Assembly: GCF_009914755.1 (NCBI RefSeq)
Contig: NC_060925.1
DNA: 64,000 nucleotides
Source of the DNA: the human T2T-CHM13v2.0 reference genome, Homo sapiens
Reading direction: 5' to 3' (one strand)
The notes under the pieces are model-generated. The model was not told where the DNA came from and ran no database searches. It saw nothing but the letters and a program-made list of their open reading frames with translations. The position numbers were made by a program, and so were the translations under genes. Each line of letters begins with the position of its first letter. Position 1 is the first letter of the stretch. Below are positions 14,971 to 29,479 of the stretch, in pieces.

Positions 14971-15868
14971 AATAACTATTATTATAGATGTTAAGTGTAT
15001 ATTAATAATGCAAAACTTCAGTCTCTTTGGAGTAGATTTTGCCTAGGAAAAGCATTTTCTAGTCCTTTGGACTCTTGAAATTAGAAGTGGGAAAATGAAG
15101 ATTTGGGGAAATAAGCTAGACAAAGGACCTATGACAATATCTCCAGTACTCCATCTCCTCCGCTGCCACAGTGGTAGGCTCAGTTGGAAGTTAGGGATTT
15201 ATATATTTATTGAGTGCCACCTCTTCCTACCAGGCTGTTGTCTGTACTTGGTCCTCTTCCTGTTGGCACATACTCTCAGCAGTTAGAACACAGGGTGTGT
15301 TGAGCTTGTGTTTGTTCTTGGCTCTATGCAATTCTAAAGAGCAGAATTGACTTCAGAGTAGAAAAGCTGAGGTCAGCATTGCACACGGATGCTACCTGCC
15401 TCCTTCTCTGGTTCCTACAAAGTATGTTCCCCCAGTGCTGGGAACAGGAGTCTTTCTTATCCAAACTTTTCTCTTTTTTTGAGTTAAGCCAAGAGATTAT
15501 ATTCACCATTCATGGAGGTTACTCAAAACTCCGGCTGGGAAACAGTTCATAAGTATCTGAAGACATTCTCAGGCTTTGCTTATGAAAAGATAATTAATTG
15601 CCCTCTTCTTGTAAACTAGAAGAATATTGTTGAAATCATCTTAGAGTAGTTTCAGCAAAAGTAAAAGTTGTCAGCTTTCAATTATCTGCAGGTGGCTCAT
15701 CTGCAGCAAGTTTCAAAGCCAGACTAAATTTAAAGGAAGATGGATGGCTGGATACGAGAGCAAGATCTGCATCAAGGGTAAGTTTGAATTCAAGCACTGC
15801 CACTTTCTAGCAGTGTGGCTTTGGTTAAGTTATCCAACATCAAGAATCTTAGGATTTCCTATCTGTAA

Positions 15869-16231
<363 letters not shown>

Positions 16232-16372
16232 TAAGAACATGTCCAGTTCACGGTCTGGCCCACAGGAAAAGCTCAGTAAATGAAGAGCTCTTGTAATTCT
16301 TCTAGGTTCCACCTTCTGCACCAAATCCTAGTCAAAACTATGCTCTACTAAGAATTATTTTTGATATTATAA

Positions 16373-16686
<314 letters not shown>

Positions 16687-16923
16687 AATGCTCAGAATTT
16701 TTAAGGTGCAGAGAGAATATATGGCTTACCTAGTCTATATATTATTTCACAGATAGAAAAGTGATCTCCTACTTTAGGTGGACTTTTCCTGGGTAATTAT
16801 ATAACAAAGGCTAGAATCCAGTGCTTCTGTTTCCAAATCTAGGCCTCTTCCCCAACGACACACCACCTACCAACTAAGTGGCTTCTGTCTCTGTCCAGAG
16901 GCACCTAAGAAACTTCCCTTTTA

Positions 16924-17478
16924 TAGTAGTGCTCCCCTTATCTGAGGTTTTGCTTTCCATGGTGTCAGTTGCCCTCAGTAAACTATGCTCCAAAAATATT
17001 AAGTGGAAAATTCTAGAAGTAAGAAATGTATAAGTTTTAACTTGCCTGTTCTCCTGAGTAGCATGTTAAAAATCTTTCACTGTCCCACTCTGTCCTGCAC
17101 AGAAGTGAATCATCTCTTTACCCAGTGTATCCACACTGTGTAGGCGACCTGCCCCATTAGTCACTCACTAGCCCTCTTGAGTGTCACAGCAATTGTCCTA
17201 GTATCACAGAGCTTGTGTTCAAGTAACCCTTATTTTGCTGAATAATGGCCCCTAAGTGCAAGAGTAGTGAGGTTGGTATGTTGTTATTGTTGTTTTATGT
17301 TATTATTAGTTATTGCTGTGAATCTTACTGTGCCTAATTTATAAATTAAATTTTAGCAGGGGCGTGTATGTATAGGTAAAAAACATAGTGTATATAGGGT
17401 TTGGTGATATCTGTGGTTTCAGGCATCCACCAGGGGTCTTGAAATGTAGTATCCCTTGCAGATAAGAGGAGACTACTG
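16924..17478 (+). mobile_element. MER44-like (Tigger family) non-autonomous DNA transposon
   Basis: Terminal inverted repeats tagtagtgctccccttatct ... gataagaggagactactg, ~555 bp apart, preceded by TA. Confidence 0.75.
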
Positions 17479-18427
17479 CATATGCCAGATTTGCCTCTAG
17501 GGTCACTGTTAGGTTACGCTCGGCAGGGATAGAGTGCAGTGTATCACAGCACATGCCAGTGCCATTGACATCCCCTGCCAGCACTGAGCTCCACGTTGTA
17601 CCTTCTACAAAGTCACAGCCTTGAATTAGGTAACACGGCCTCAGATTTTTGTGGTGAGCAAACCCCTATCAGATGGGAGATATTCCCATTATTCTTTCTG
17701 CAAAAAAGCCACAACTCCCAGCCTTCTAAATAGGGAAGGGGAAATGTTGGGTATAGAACTGGCTTATTTTCATTGTGACATGACAATGAAGCACAAAGAC
17801 TGGGGACTCTCCTTCCAGGTCACTGAGGGATGTAGGATTGGAGGAGCCACACCCCTGGTCTCACAACTGAAAATAAATTCCAACACTGGCAAGGAACCCA
17901 GAAGTCTGACCCCCTGGACCAGTGGTTTTTCATCCTGAGAGTTGGGCAAAGGTGCCTAAGAAGCCACCAAAGGAGGAAAGTGGCTGAGCAGTCTCTGAGC
18001 CCCACCCCTGTGCTCGCTGAGCAATTCTGCTTTTATCTATCCTGTTTACTTCTATTCCGTTTAAAACTTCATTTGAATAAAGACTTTTGGTGCCATACAT
18101 GCATGCCCACACACTTTCACACATATATCTTTTTGGTAGGCCTTTTCTTTCTTTAGAGCTTACCTTATTTTTCTGCTAGAAAACATGCAAAACACAAGGG
18201 TCATGTTTGGCTTAATTTATATCCTGTGAGTTCAAAGACAGTTGGTGTGCCCTTGCTGAGAGGAGAAAAAGGAGAGATATCTGGAGAAGGCTACAGCTAA
18301 CAGAGAATGACCAGCTTCTATAGATAATTTTGTACATCACCATTACAAGCACTATACCTTTTTAAGCCTTTTGAATCTCTGTAACTGACTTTTCTTCTAC
18401 AAATTGAGTCATAAAACAACACTTGCC

Positions 18428-18720
18428 GCCAGGCGCGGTGGCTCACGCCTGTAATCCCAGCACTTTGGGAGGCCGAGGTGGGCGGATCACGAGGTCAGGA
18501 GATGGAGACCATCCTGGCCAACATGGTGAAACCCCATCTCTACCAAAAATACAAAAATTAGCTGGGCGTGGTGGTGGGCGCCTGTAATCCCAGCTGCTCG
18601 GGAGGCTGAGCCACGAGAATGGCTTGAATCCGGGAGGCGGAGGTTGCAGTGAGCCAAGATCGCCACTGCACTCCAGCTCGGTGACAGAGCAAGATTCTGT
18701 CTCAAAAAAAAAAAAAAAAA
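18428..18720 (+). mobile_element. AluS(c-like) element
   Basis: Full Alu with poly(A). TSD aacacttgcc on both sides. Confidence 0.95.
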
Positions 18721-19259
18721 AACACTTGCCAATATCTTCTCCAAATTTATGAACAATGCCCATCCCTGTATGGCATGGGATACCACCAGTTAGCCTGGCT
18801 ATACCCTGACATATTTGTTCTTTGAAGCTCAGGTGTGAGATGGCCTTCAAAAGGTATGTCTTGTCATCCACAGTCAAATTACTTCTGAGGACAAGAAAAG
18901 GGAGTAATGCCACATGATGATCTATAAGTTACTGATTATTGGCTTATAGCTGGCAGTCCTTTGGTGATAAATGGGAGAGGATACTGATGTACAGTCAAGG
19001 TTGGACTGGGGAACTACATGGGAGATATCACAGCCACTGCAGTCATCACAGGACGTAGCAGTGTTTCCTGAGAGACTTCTCATTCTTCTCTCTCTGAGTT
19101 GGGACAAGAAAGCCCATTCAGTCTGGGCTATGGTGTCATCCAGTCTTGGTGGTTTCTCACTATCCACATCCATCTGAGCTCAAAGAAGATGAAACCTAAA
19201 CAAGAAAGAGTCACAGCCTTCATGCTGAAATCAAGAGTCTGCAGCACAAGAGACCACTT

Positions 19260-19545
19260 TTTTTTTTATACTTTAAGTTATAGGGTATATGTGCACAACG
19301 TGCAGGTTTGTTACATATGTATACATGTGCCATGTTGGTGTGCTGCACCCATTAACTCGTCATTTACATTAGGTATATCTCCTAATGCTTTCCCTCCCCC
19401 TCCCCCCACCCCATGACAGGCCCCTGTGTGTGATGTTCCCCATCCTGTGTCCAAGTGTTCTCATTGTTCGATTCCCACCTATGAGTGAGAACATGTGGTG
19501 TTTGGTTTTCTGTCCTTGAGATAGTTTGCTCAGAATGACAGTTAA
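19260..19545 (-). mobile_element. Short 5'-truncated L1PA 3' end
   Basis: Antisense L1PA 3' UTR (ttatactttaagttatagggtatatgtgcacaacgtgcagg). TSD gagaccactt at 19250-19259 and 19547-19556. Confidence 0.92.
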
Positions 19546-20006
19546 GGAGACCACTTCTTGTACATCCTCCTGGGACCTACCTGTCCCTCAACCACTGAGT
19601 GAGTCAAGTTTGTGATGGTTCCTATGTAGCTGACAGACCTGGGCCAGTCTCTTAACTGCTTTGGGGCTCAGACTCCAAATCTGAAAAACCCGGAATATTG
19701 GCTAGGTTTTTTCTAAGGAACATACTAAGAATAATAACTAATATTTATATTGTATTTTAAACTTTATAAAACTTTTCCACACAGTTACTCACTTGCTCCT
19801 CATTTAGTTGTAAAGTAGAAACCATCTCCATGGCACAGATGAAAAAACTAAGACTCAAAGATGCTAAACAACTTTCACAAAGTGTCTCTGTGAATGCCTT
19901 CAGGTTTCCAACATTCCATTACATCACACTCTTAGCTCTAAGATTTCATAATTCAGTGTTTTTCTTCTGGAGATATATATATACATACATACATACATAT
20001 ATCTCC

Positions 20007-20182
20007 ATCCAAAGTACAGCAACTTCAAAGACTGAAGGAACATCAGCCCACACAGATGAGAAAGAACCAGCTCAAGAACTCTGGCAACTCAGAGAGCCAG
20101 AATGCCTTCTTACCTCCAAACAACCACACTAGTTTCCCAGCAATGGCTCCTAACCAGACTGAAATGGATGAAATGACAGAAA
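20007..20182 (+). mobile_element. Isolated internal L1PA fragment (5' UTR end / ORF1 start) inside TA-rich microsatellite
   Basis: Roughly 85% identical by eye to 23333-23510. Flanked by (TA)/(TACA) repeats at ~19970-20002 and ~20186-20285. No poly(A) or TSD visible. Confidence 0.8.
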
Positions 20183-20539
20183 GAAATATAATTCATATAT
20201 AATATATATATATATATGCACACACACACTTTTATATATATTTATATATAATTATAGCTATATAAAAATATATATATTTAATTACAGTTACAATAACCAT
20301 AATACTGCCTTATCTTTGGGGCTTAATCCAATGTGATACAGATTGGAAAGCTTGCATCCATGGTAGCTGCATGCTGGTACCACTGTCCCAGATGCCATAC
20401 TGCCAAATAGTTTGGTACTTTTTATATAATCTATGACATATTATGCTTAACTTGAATTAGGCACTAGTAATGATATGGGCTTTTGATAATACACACCCAA
20501 TTTCTGAAATCCAGATTTTAATTCATATTTAATACGATT

Positions 20540-22650
20540 TTTTAAAACTTTTATTTTAGGTTTGGGGGTATATGTGGAGTTTTGTTACATAGATAAACAT
20601 ATGTCATTGGGGTTTGTTGTACATATCATTTCCTCACCCAGGTATTAAGCCCAATACCCAATAGTTATCTTTTCTGCTTCTCTGCCTCCTCCCAGACTCC
20701 ACCCTCCAGTAGACCCAGGGGCTATTGTTTCCTTCTTTGTGTTCATAAGCTCTTATCATTTAGCTCCCACTTACAAGTGAGAACATACAGTATTTTGTTT
20801 TCTGTTCCTACATGAATTTGTCTAGGATAAAAGCCTCCAGCTCCATCCATGTTCCCAAAAAAGATATAATCTTATTCTTTTTTATGGCTGCATAGTATTC
20901 CATGGTATGTATGTAACACATTTTCTTTATCCAATCTGTCATTGATGGGCATTTATGTTGATTCCATGTCATTGCTCTTATGAATAGTGCTGCAATGAAC
21001 ATTTGCACGCATATGTCTTTATGGTAGAATGATTTATATTCCTCTGGGTGTATAGCCAGTAATGGGATTGCTGGGTTGAATGGTAGTTCTGGTTTTAGCT
21101 CTTTGAGGAATTGCCATACTGCTTTCCACAATGGTTAAACTAATAATTTACTCTCCCACCAACAGTGTATAAGCATACCTTTTTCTCTGCAGCCTTATCA
21201 GTATCTATTGTTTTTTGACTTCTTAGTAACAGCCATTCTGACTGGTGTGAGATATTATCTCATTGTGGTTTTGATTTGCATTTCTCTAACGATCGATGAT
21301 ATTGAGATTTTTTTCATGTGCCTGTTGGGCACATGTATGTCTTCTTTAGAGAAGTATTTGTTCATGTCCTTTGCCCACTTTTTTATTGGGTTGTTTTTCT
21401 CTTGCAAATTTGTTTAAGTTCCTTATAGATTCTGGATATTAGACCTTTGTCAGATGCATAGTTTGCAGATATTTTTTCCCATTTTGTAGGTTGTCTGTTT
21501 ACTCTGTTGACTGTTTCTTTTGCTGTGCAGAAGTTCTTAAGTTTAGCTCTTAATCAGGTCCCAATTGTCAATTTTTGCCTTTGTTGTGATTGCTTTTGGT
21601 GCCTTTGTCATGAAATCTTGCCCATTCCCACGTCCAGGATGGTATTTTCCAGGTTATCTCCCACGGTTTTATAAAGTTTTATGTTTTAGATTTAAATATT
21701 TCATCGATCTTGAGTTGATTTTTGTATATGGTGTAAGGAAGGGGTCCAATTTCAATCTTCTGCATATGGATAGCCAGTTAGCCCACTACCATTTATTGAA
21801 TATGGGGTCTTTCCCCATAGCTTGTTTATGTCAGCTTTGTTGAAGATCAGATGGTCATAGATGTGCAGCCTTATTTCTGGGCTCTCTATTCTGTTCCATT
21901 GGTCTACGTGTCTGTTTCTGTACCAGTTCCATGCTGTTTTGGTTACTATAGCCTTATAGCATAGTTTGAAGGTGAGCAATGTAATGCCTCCAGCTTTGTT
22001 CTTTTTACTTAGGATTGTCTTGGCTATTTGGGCTCTTTTTTTTGTTCTATATGAATTTCAAAATAGATTTTTCTAGTTTTATGAAGAATGACATTAATAA
22101 TTTGATAGGAATAGCACTGAATCTGTAAATTGCTTTGGGCAGTGTAGCCATTTTAATGATATTAATTCTTCCTATTTATGAGCATGGGATGTTTTTCCAT
22201 TTGTTTGTGTCTTCTCTGATTTCTCTGAGCAGTGTTTTGTAATTCTCTTTGTAGAGATCTTTCACCTTCCTGGGTAGTTATAGTCTAGATTACTAGATAT
22301 TTTATTCATTTTGTGGTGATTGTGAATGGAATTTCCTTTTGGTTTCACTATTGTTGGTGTATAAGAATGCTAGTGATTTTTGTATTGTACAACTTTGCTG
22401 CAGTTGTTTATCAGCTGGAGGAGCTTTTGGGCTAAGACCATGGGGTTTTCTAGATATAGAATCATGTAATCTGCAGAGATGGTTTGACTTCCTTTCCTCT
22501 TATTTGGATGCCATTTATTTATTTCTCTTGCCAGATTGCTTTGGCTAGGACTTCCAATACTATGTTGAATAAGAGTGGCGAGAGAGGGCATCTTTGTCTT
22601 GTGCTGGTTTTCAAGGGGAATACTTCCAGCATTTGCCCATTCAATATAAT
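20540..22650 (-). mobile_element. Old L1PA (PA13-16-like), 3' ~2.1 kb
   Basis: Minus ORFs 20808-21131 (WKAVWQFLKELKPELPFNPAIPLL), 21752-21979 and 22370-22591 (..[11 protein letters not shown]) are disrupted ORF2 pieces. Confidence 0.92.
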
Positions 22651-22830
22651 GTTTCTGGAGTTTTGAAAAACCATTTGTTGTCCCACAGCAAATGAATGGT
22701 TTTTTGAAACTCCAGAAATATCCAGATTATATGAAGTCAAATATTAGAATTTTTAAACACTTATGCTTATTTCTAAGTAATAATAGAAATGAAATTATAT
22801 GATACATTTTATTATTAAAGATGATGTTCT

Positions 22831-22987
22831 GGCACTGAGCTTAGTTGCTGTCTCCACTGCTCCATCTTCTCTGTTCCAGGAGTCCCTGAGTGATTCTACT
22901 GCAGCCTCTGTCTGTCATCCTGTGACCTGCAGGTACTGAGAGGAGATCCATAGAAAAGACTCCAGAACATATGGAGGCTGGGAAATG
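22831..22987 (+). other. KRAB zinc-finger gene exon-1-like segment (5' UTR + ATG) fused to the L1 5' end
   Basis: gtctccactgctccatcttctctgttccaggagtccc...cagcctctgt...cctgtgacctgcaggtactg..ggagatccatag..aagactccagaaca..tggaggctgggaaATG matches the recalled first exon of ZNF91/ZNF141-type genes (…ccctgtgacctgcaggtattgggagatccacagctaagacgccaggacc…ggaagcctagaaATG). Needs an alignment to confirm. Confidence 0.7.
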
Positions 22988-25900
22988 TACTGGTTGATTC
23001 CACCGTGCTGTCATGGCTGCTGGCATACATGAATGAACATAGATCCTGATAAAACACTTTGGCTAGAACCACCCATTGGAGTGTTGTGGCCAGTAGACTA
23101 GGAGCACTTTGGCCCCACCAGCATAGCAGGTTTCTAATCTCCAGGGACTGGAGAACAAAGCTAGAAGCTGAGTACCAGCCCCCCAGAGTCACAGCATGCA
23201 GATCAGAAGTGCTGAGCTGAGCCTTTGCCCTGTAAAACTTTCCAGATACGAATTCAGTTGACTGAACCCACCTCATGTTGCAATCAAACCACCAAGGGCA
23301 TCAGAGAAGATAAAAGCCAAAAAAAAAAAAAAATCCAAAGTACAGCATCTTCAAAGACTGAGGGATCATCAGCCCACACAAATGAGAAAAAAAACCAATG
23401 CAAGAAGTCCAGCAATTCAAAAAGCCAGAATGTCTTCTTACCTCCAAATGACCATACTAGTTCCCCAGAAATGGCTTTTAACCAGGCTGAAATGGCTGAA
23501 ATGACAGGAAGAGGATTCAGAATATGGATAGGAACAAAGATCATTGACAGGAGAAAGTCTAAACTCAATCCAAGGAAACTAAGGAATACAATACAATGAT
23601 ATAAACGATGAAAGATGAAATAGCTATTTTAGAAAGAACCAAATTGATCTGATAAAGCTGAAAAATTCATTTCAAGGATCTCGTAATAAAATGCAAGTAT
23701 TAACAGCAAAACCAACCAAGCTGAGGAAACAGTCTCAGAGCTTGAAGACTAGTTCTCCAAACTAACTCAGTCAGACAAAAATAAAGAAAAAACAATAAGG
23801 AAGAATGAACAAAACCTCTGAGAAATATGGGCTTATGTGAAGAGATCAATCTATGACTCATTGGCATCCCTGAAAGGAGGCAGAGAAGACAAGCAAGTTG
23901 AAAAACATATTTGAGGACACCATCCATTAAAGTTTCCCCAACCTTGCTAGAGAGATGAACATTTAAATTCAGGAAATGCAGAGAACTCTTCTGGGATACT
24001 ATACAAGATGATCATCCTCAAGTCACATAGTAATCAGATTCTCAGAGGATGAAATGAAAGAAAAAATGTTAAAGGCAGCTAAAGAGAAGGGAGGAGACAC
24101 CTACAAAGGGAACCCCATCAGCCTAATAGCAGACCTTTCAGCAGAAACCCTATAAGCCATAAGACATTGGGGGCTATATTTAGCATCTGTAAAGAAGAGA
24201 AATTTCAACCAGTAATTTCATATCCAGCTAAACTAAGCTTCATGAGCAAAGAAGAAATAAGATCATTTTCAGAGAAGCAAATGCTAAGGCAATTCATTAC
24301 CACCAGTCCTACCTTACAAGGGGCCCTTAAAGGAGTGCTAAATATGGAAATGAAAGGCTGTTACCAGCCCAACACAAAAACACATTTAAGCACAGAGACC
24401 ATTGACACTATAAAGCAACCACACAAACGAGTCTGTATAACCAGCTAACAACATGACAACAGGATCATATCTTCACATATCAATATTAATCTTGAATGTA
24501 AACAGACAAAATGCCTCAATTAAAAGGCACAGAGTAGCAAGTTGGATAAAGAAGCAAGATCCAACTGTATGTAGTCTTCAAGAGGACCATCTGACATGCA
24601 ATGACACCCACAGACTCAAAGTAAATAAGTGGAGAAAAATCTATCAAGCAAACAGAAAACAGAAAAAAGTAGGAGTTACTAGTCTAATTTCAGACAAAAC
24701 AGACTTTAAACCAACAAAGATCAAAAGCAACAAAGAAGAGCATTACATAATGGTAAAGGGTTCAATTAAACAAGAAGACATAGCTATCGTAAATATATAT
24801 GCACCCAACACAGGATACCCAGATTCATATAGCAAGTTCTTAGAGACCTGCAAAGAGACTTAGGTAACCACACAATATTAGTGGGAAACTGCAACACCCC
24901 ACTGACAGATCATTGAGATAGAAAACTAACAAAGATATTTGGGACCTGAACCTGACACTTGACCAAATGGGCCTAAACAACATCTACAGAACTCTCCACA
25001 CAAAACCAAAAGAATATACATTTGTCTCATCTGCACATGGCACATACTCTAAAATTAACCACACAGTTGGCCATAAAACAACCCTCAGCAAATTTAAAAA
25101 AGACCCAAATCATGCCAAACACACACTCAGACCACAGTGCAATAAAAATTGAAATCAGTATGAAGAAAATCATTCAAAACCACACAACTACATGGAAATT
25201 AAACAACCTGCCGCCAAATGACTTTTGGGTAAATTATGAAATTAAAGCATAAGTCAAGTAATATTTTGAAACGAATGAGAACAAAGATACACTGTACTAG
25301 AATCTCTAGGAAACAGCTAAAGCAGTATTAAGAGAAAAGCTTATAGCACTAAATGTCCACATCCAAAAGGTAGAAAGATCACAATTAACAACCTAACATC
25401 ATACTTGAAGGAATTAGAAAAACAAGAGTGAAGTAACCCCAAAGCTAGCAGAAGACAAGGAATAACCAAAATCAGATTTGAACTGAAGGAAATTAAGATG
25501 CAAAAACCATACAAAAGATCAACAAATCAAAGGGCTGGTTATTTGAAAGGATAAATAAGATTGACAGACTGCTAGCTAGACTGATAAATAAAAAAAGAGA
25601 GAAGTTCCAAATAAACACAATCAGAAATGACAAAAGGGACATTACCAATGACTCCACAGAAATACACAAACTCTCAGAGACTACTATGAACACTTCTATG
25701 CACACAAACTAGAAAACCTAGAAGAAATGGATAAATTCTTGGAAACATACAACCTCCTATGTTTGAACCAGGAGGCAATTGAATGCCTGAACAGACCAAT
25801 AACAGTTTCCAAAATTAAATCAGTAATAAAAATCCTACCAACCAGAAAAAGCACAAGACCAGAAGAATTTACGGCCAAATTCTACCAGATGTATAAAGAA

Positions 25901-28480
25901 GAGCTGCTACCATTCCTACTGAACCATTCCAAAAAATTCAGGAGGAGGGTCTCCACTCTAACTACTTGTATGAGACCAGCATCATCCTAATACTGAAACC
26001 TGGCAGAAAAAAAAAAAACAAAAAAGAAAATTTCAAGCCAATACCCCTAATTAACATAGACACAAAAATCTCCTACAAAATGCCAGCAAATTGAATGCAG
26101 CAGAACATCAAAGAGCTAATCCACCATGATTAAATAGGCTTTAACCCTTGGATGGAAAGTTGGTTCAACATACACAAATCAATAAATGTAATTCACCGCA
26201 TAAACAGAACTGAAAACAAATACCACATGATTACCTCAATAGATGCAGAGAAGGCTTTTGATAAAATTCAACATCCCTTCATGTTACAAACCCTCAACAA
26301 GCTAGGCATTGAAGGGACCTACCTCAAAATAATAAGAGCCATCTATGACAAACCCACAGCCAACATCATACCGAACGGGCAAAAGCTGGAAGCATTCCCC
26401 TTGTGAACTGCAACAAGACAAGGATGCCCACTCTCACCACTCCTATTCAAATAGTACTGGAAGTCCTAGCCAGAGCAATTAGGCAAGAGAAATAAATAAA
26501 ACCCATCCAAATAGGAAGAGAGGAAGTCAAATTATCCTTGTTCGCCAACAATATGATTCTATATCTAGAAAACCCCATAGTCTCTGCTCAAAAGCTCCTA
26601 GATCTGATAAACAACTTCAGCAAAGTGTCAACATATATAAAACCAATGTACAAAAATCACTATCATTTATATACATCAACAGCTTCCAAGCTGAGAACCA
26701 AATCAAGAATGCAACCCTATTCACGAACACCACAAAATGAATAAAATACCTAGGAATACAGTTCACCAGGGAGGTGAAAGATCTCTACAATAAGAATTAC
26801 AAAACATTGCTCAAAGAAATTAGAGATGACAGAAACAAATGGGAAACATTCCATGCTCATAAATTGGAAGAGTCAATATTGTTAAAATGCCCATACTGCC
26901 CAAAGCAATTTGCAGATACTATGCTAATCCTATCAAACTACCAACACTATTCTTCACAGGACTAGAAAAAAACTATTTTAAAATTCATATGGAGCTAAAA
27001 ACAAATAGCCAAGATAATCCTAAGCAAAAAGAACAAAGCTGGAAGCATCATGTTACCTGACTTTGAACTATACTACAAGGCTATCATAACCAAAACAGCA
27101 TGGTACTGATACAGAAACAGATGCATAGACCAATGGAACAGAATAGAGAGCCCAGAAATAATGCTGCACACCTACAACCATCTGATCTTCAACAAAGCTG
27201 ACAAAAACAAGCAATATGGAAAGGACTCCATACTCAATAAATGGTACTGGGCTAACTGGCTATCCATATGCAGAAGATTGAAACTGGACCCCTTCCTTAT
27301 ACCATATACCAAAATCAACTCAAGATGGATTAAATTTTAAATCTGAAACCTAAAACTTTAAAAACCCTGGGAAATAACCTAGGAAATACCATTCTGGACA
27401 AAGGCCCTGGTAAAGACTTGATGATGAAGATGCCAAAAGCAATTGTGACAAAAACAAGAATTGATAAATAAGGCCTAATTAAACCAAAGAGCTTCTGAAC
27501 AGAAAGGGAAACTATCAACAGAGTAAATAGACAGCCTGGAGCATGGGAGGAAATATCTGCAAACTATGTATCTGACAAAGGTCTAATATCCAAATCTATA
27601 AGAAGGTTAAACTAATTAACAAGCAAAAACCAAACAACTCCATTAAAAAGTGAGCAAAGGACATGAATAGACATTTGTCAAAGGAAGTCACACATGTAGC
27701 CAACAGGCATATGAAAAAATACTCAGCATCGCTAATTATTAGAAAAATGCAAATCAAAACCACAATGAGATACCATCTCACACCAGTCAAAATGCCTATT
27801 ATTAAAAAGCCAAAAAATAACAGGTGTTGGCGAGGTTTCAGAGTAAAGAGAATGCTTATACGCTGTTGGTGGGAATGTAAATTAGATTAGCCAGTGTGGA
27901 AAACAGTTTGGAAATTTCTCAAAGAACATAAAACAGAACTGCCTTTTGACCCAGCAATCCCATTACTGGGTACATATCTAAAGGAATACAAATTGTTCTA
28001 TCATAAAGACACACGCATGTGTATGTTCATCATAGCACTCTTTACAATAACAAAGACACGGAATCAATCTAAATGCCCATCAATGATAGACTGGATAAAG
28101 AAAATGTGGTACATATACACCATGGAATACTATGCAGTCATAAGAAAGAATGAGATGATGTTCTTTGCAGCAACATGGATGCAGGTGGAGGGCCTTATCC
28201 TAAGCAATTTAATGCAGGAAGAGAAAACCAAATATTGCATATTCTCACTTATAAGTGGGAACTCAACACTGAGTACACATGGACGCAAAGAAGGGAAAAA
28301 CAGACACTAGGGCCTACTTGAGGGTGGAGCGGGGAAGGAGGGAGAGGATTAAAAAACTACCTGTTGGTCACTATACTTACCCCCTGGGTGATGAAATAAT
28401 CTGTACACCAAAACCCTGTCACATGCAATTTACCTATATAATAAGCCTGCATATGTACGTTTGAACCTAAAATGAAAGTT
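22831..28480 (+). mobile_element. Near-full-length inactive L1PA15/16-like element with a non-L1 5' leader
   Basis: Disrupted ORF1 (~23390-24400). ORF2 starts at 24453 (MTTGSYLHISILILNVN, APE domain); RT motif degenerate (LFANNMILY, ~26540); C-term at 27663-28310; 3' UTR follows. TSD aagatgatgttct (22818-22830) / aagaatgatgttct (28481-28494). Confidence 0.93.
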
Positions 28481-29479
28481 AAGAATGATGTTCTACAGCA
28501 TTTTCTTCAAAACTTTACTCTTAGAGCCCATAAGCAAAATCCAATGTACTACTAGTTAACTTTAATCTCCCATTTGAAGTTTCCAATCTTATAATTCTCA
28601 CAAAATCTATGCCTCTTAAACTCTAATATCCTTATATACTTAAATAACTCTGAAATAAACTTGGAAGTTCTATCTGTATTCTCATATTTCAACAGTGATT
28701 ATCTTCCAATAATAAAACAGAACTACTCACTTAGAAGGCTTTTGAAAAAGGCCTAAATGGGGGCTAAATACAAAATGTCTATGTGAGTATTTGTCTATTC
28801 AGAATGTATTTTGGCAAATACGACTGCACAGTAGTAGAGTACTCATAATTTGTATTCCCGCTATTCGTCTGGCCAAGTTCAAGTTTCCTAAACTCTCAGA
28901 TTCTATTATCATCTATGATGGTGATCAATATACCCCGTATTGAGAAGACCAAGCCATGAGTCTGAGCTTCTGCTAAATGCCTTTTCTAATTTAGTTTTTT
29001 CAAAGTTTTTGAGCGTTCTTTTGGGTTATTCAATAACATGGGGTTTCCTGATATTGTCTTATTCTCTATTTGTTTTTGTTCTTGTCCCTCCAAATGAATT
29101 CTAAATATCTGATGGTCAGAAACAGAATTAATTCTCAATAAAATTTTATAGGTATGGGTATAAGTGGGCACGTTGTTCTCTACCAAACCCCTAAACCCAG
29201 GAAACAGCCACCTCTAGTTGTCCGGCACTTGGAACAACCCTTCCCAGTGAAATGATGGAAAGAGGCACATTCAAGGAAAAATGTTCTGCATTAAAATGGT
29301 CACCTATTTTGCTGTGAACAATTTGTCTTGAGATAGTCTTCCCGATATTCCTAAGATTCCCCCTTATTTATCACTTCTCTCTCTGCAGATGTTCAGTCTA
29401 CCTATCTCTTTCTTCTCCTTACTCTCTCTGCCTGTCCCAAATTTCTGGTTCCCCTAACTTGCAGGCCTCACATTACCTG

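Noticed and set aside
22831-28480. Retrotransposition-competent L1
   Set aside because: ORF1 and ORF2 are broken into many short frames and the RT FADD motif reads FANN.
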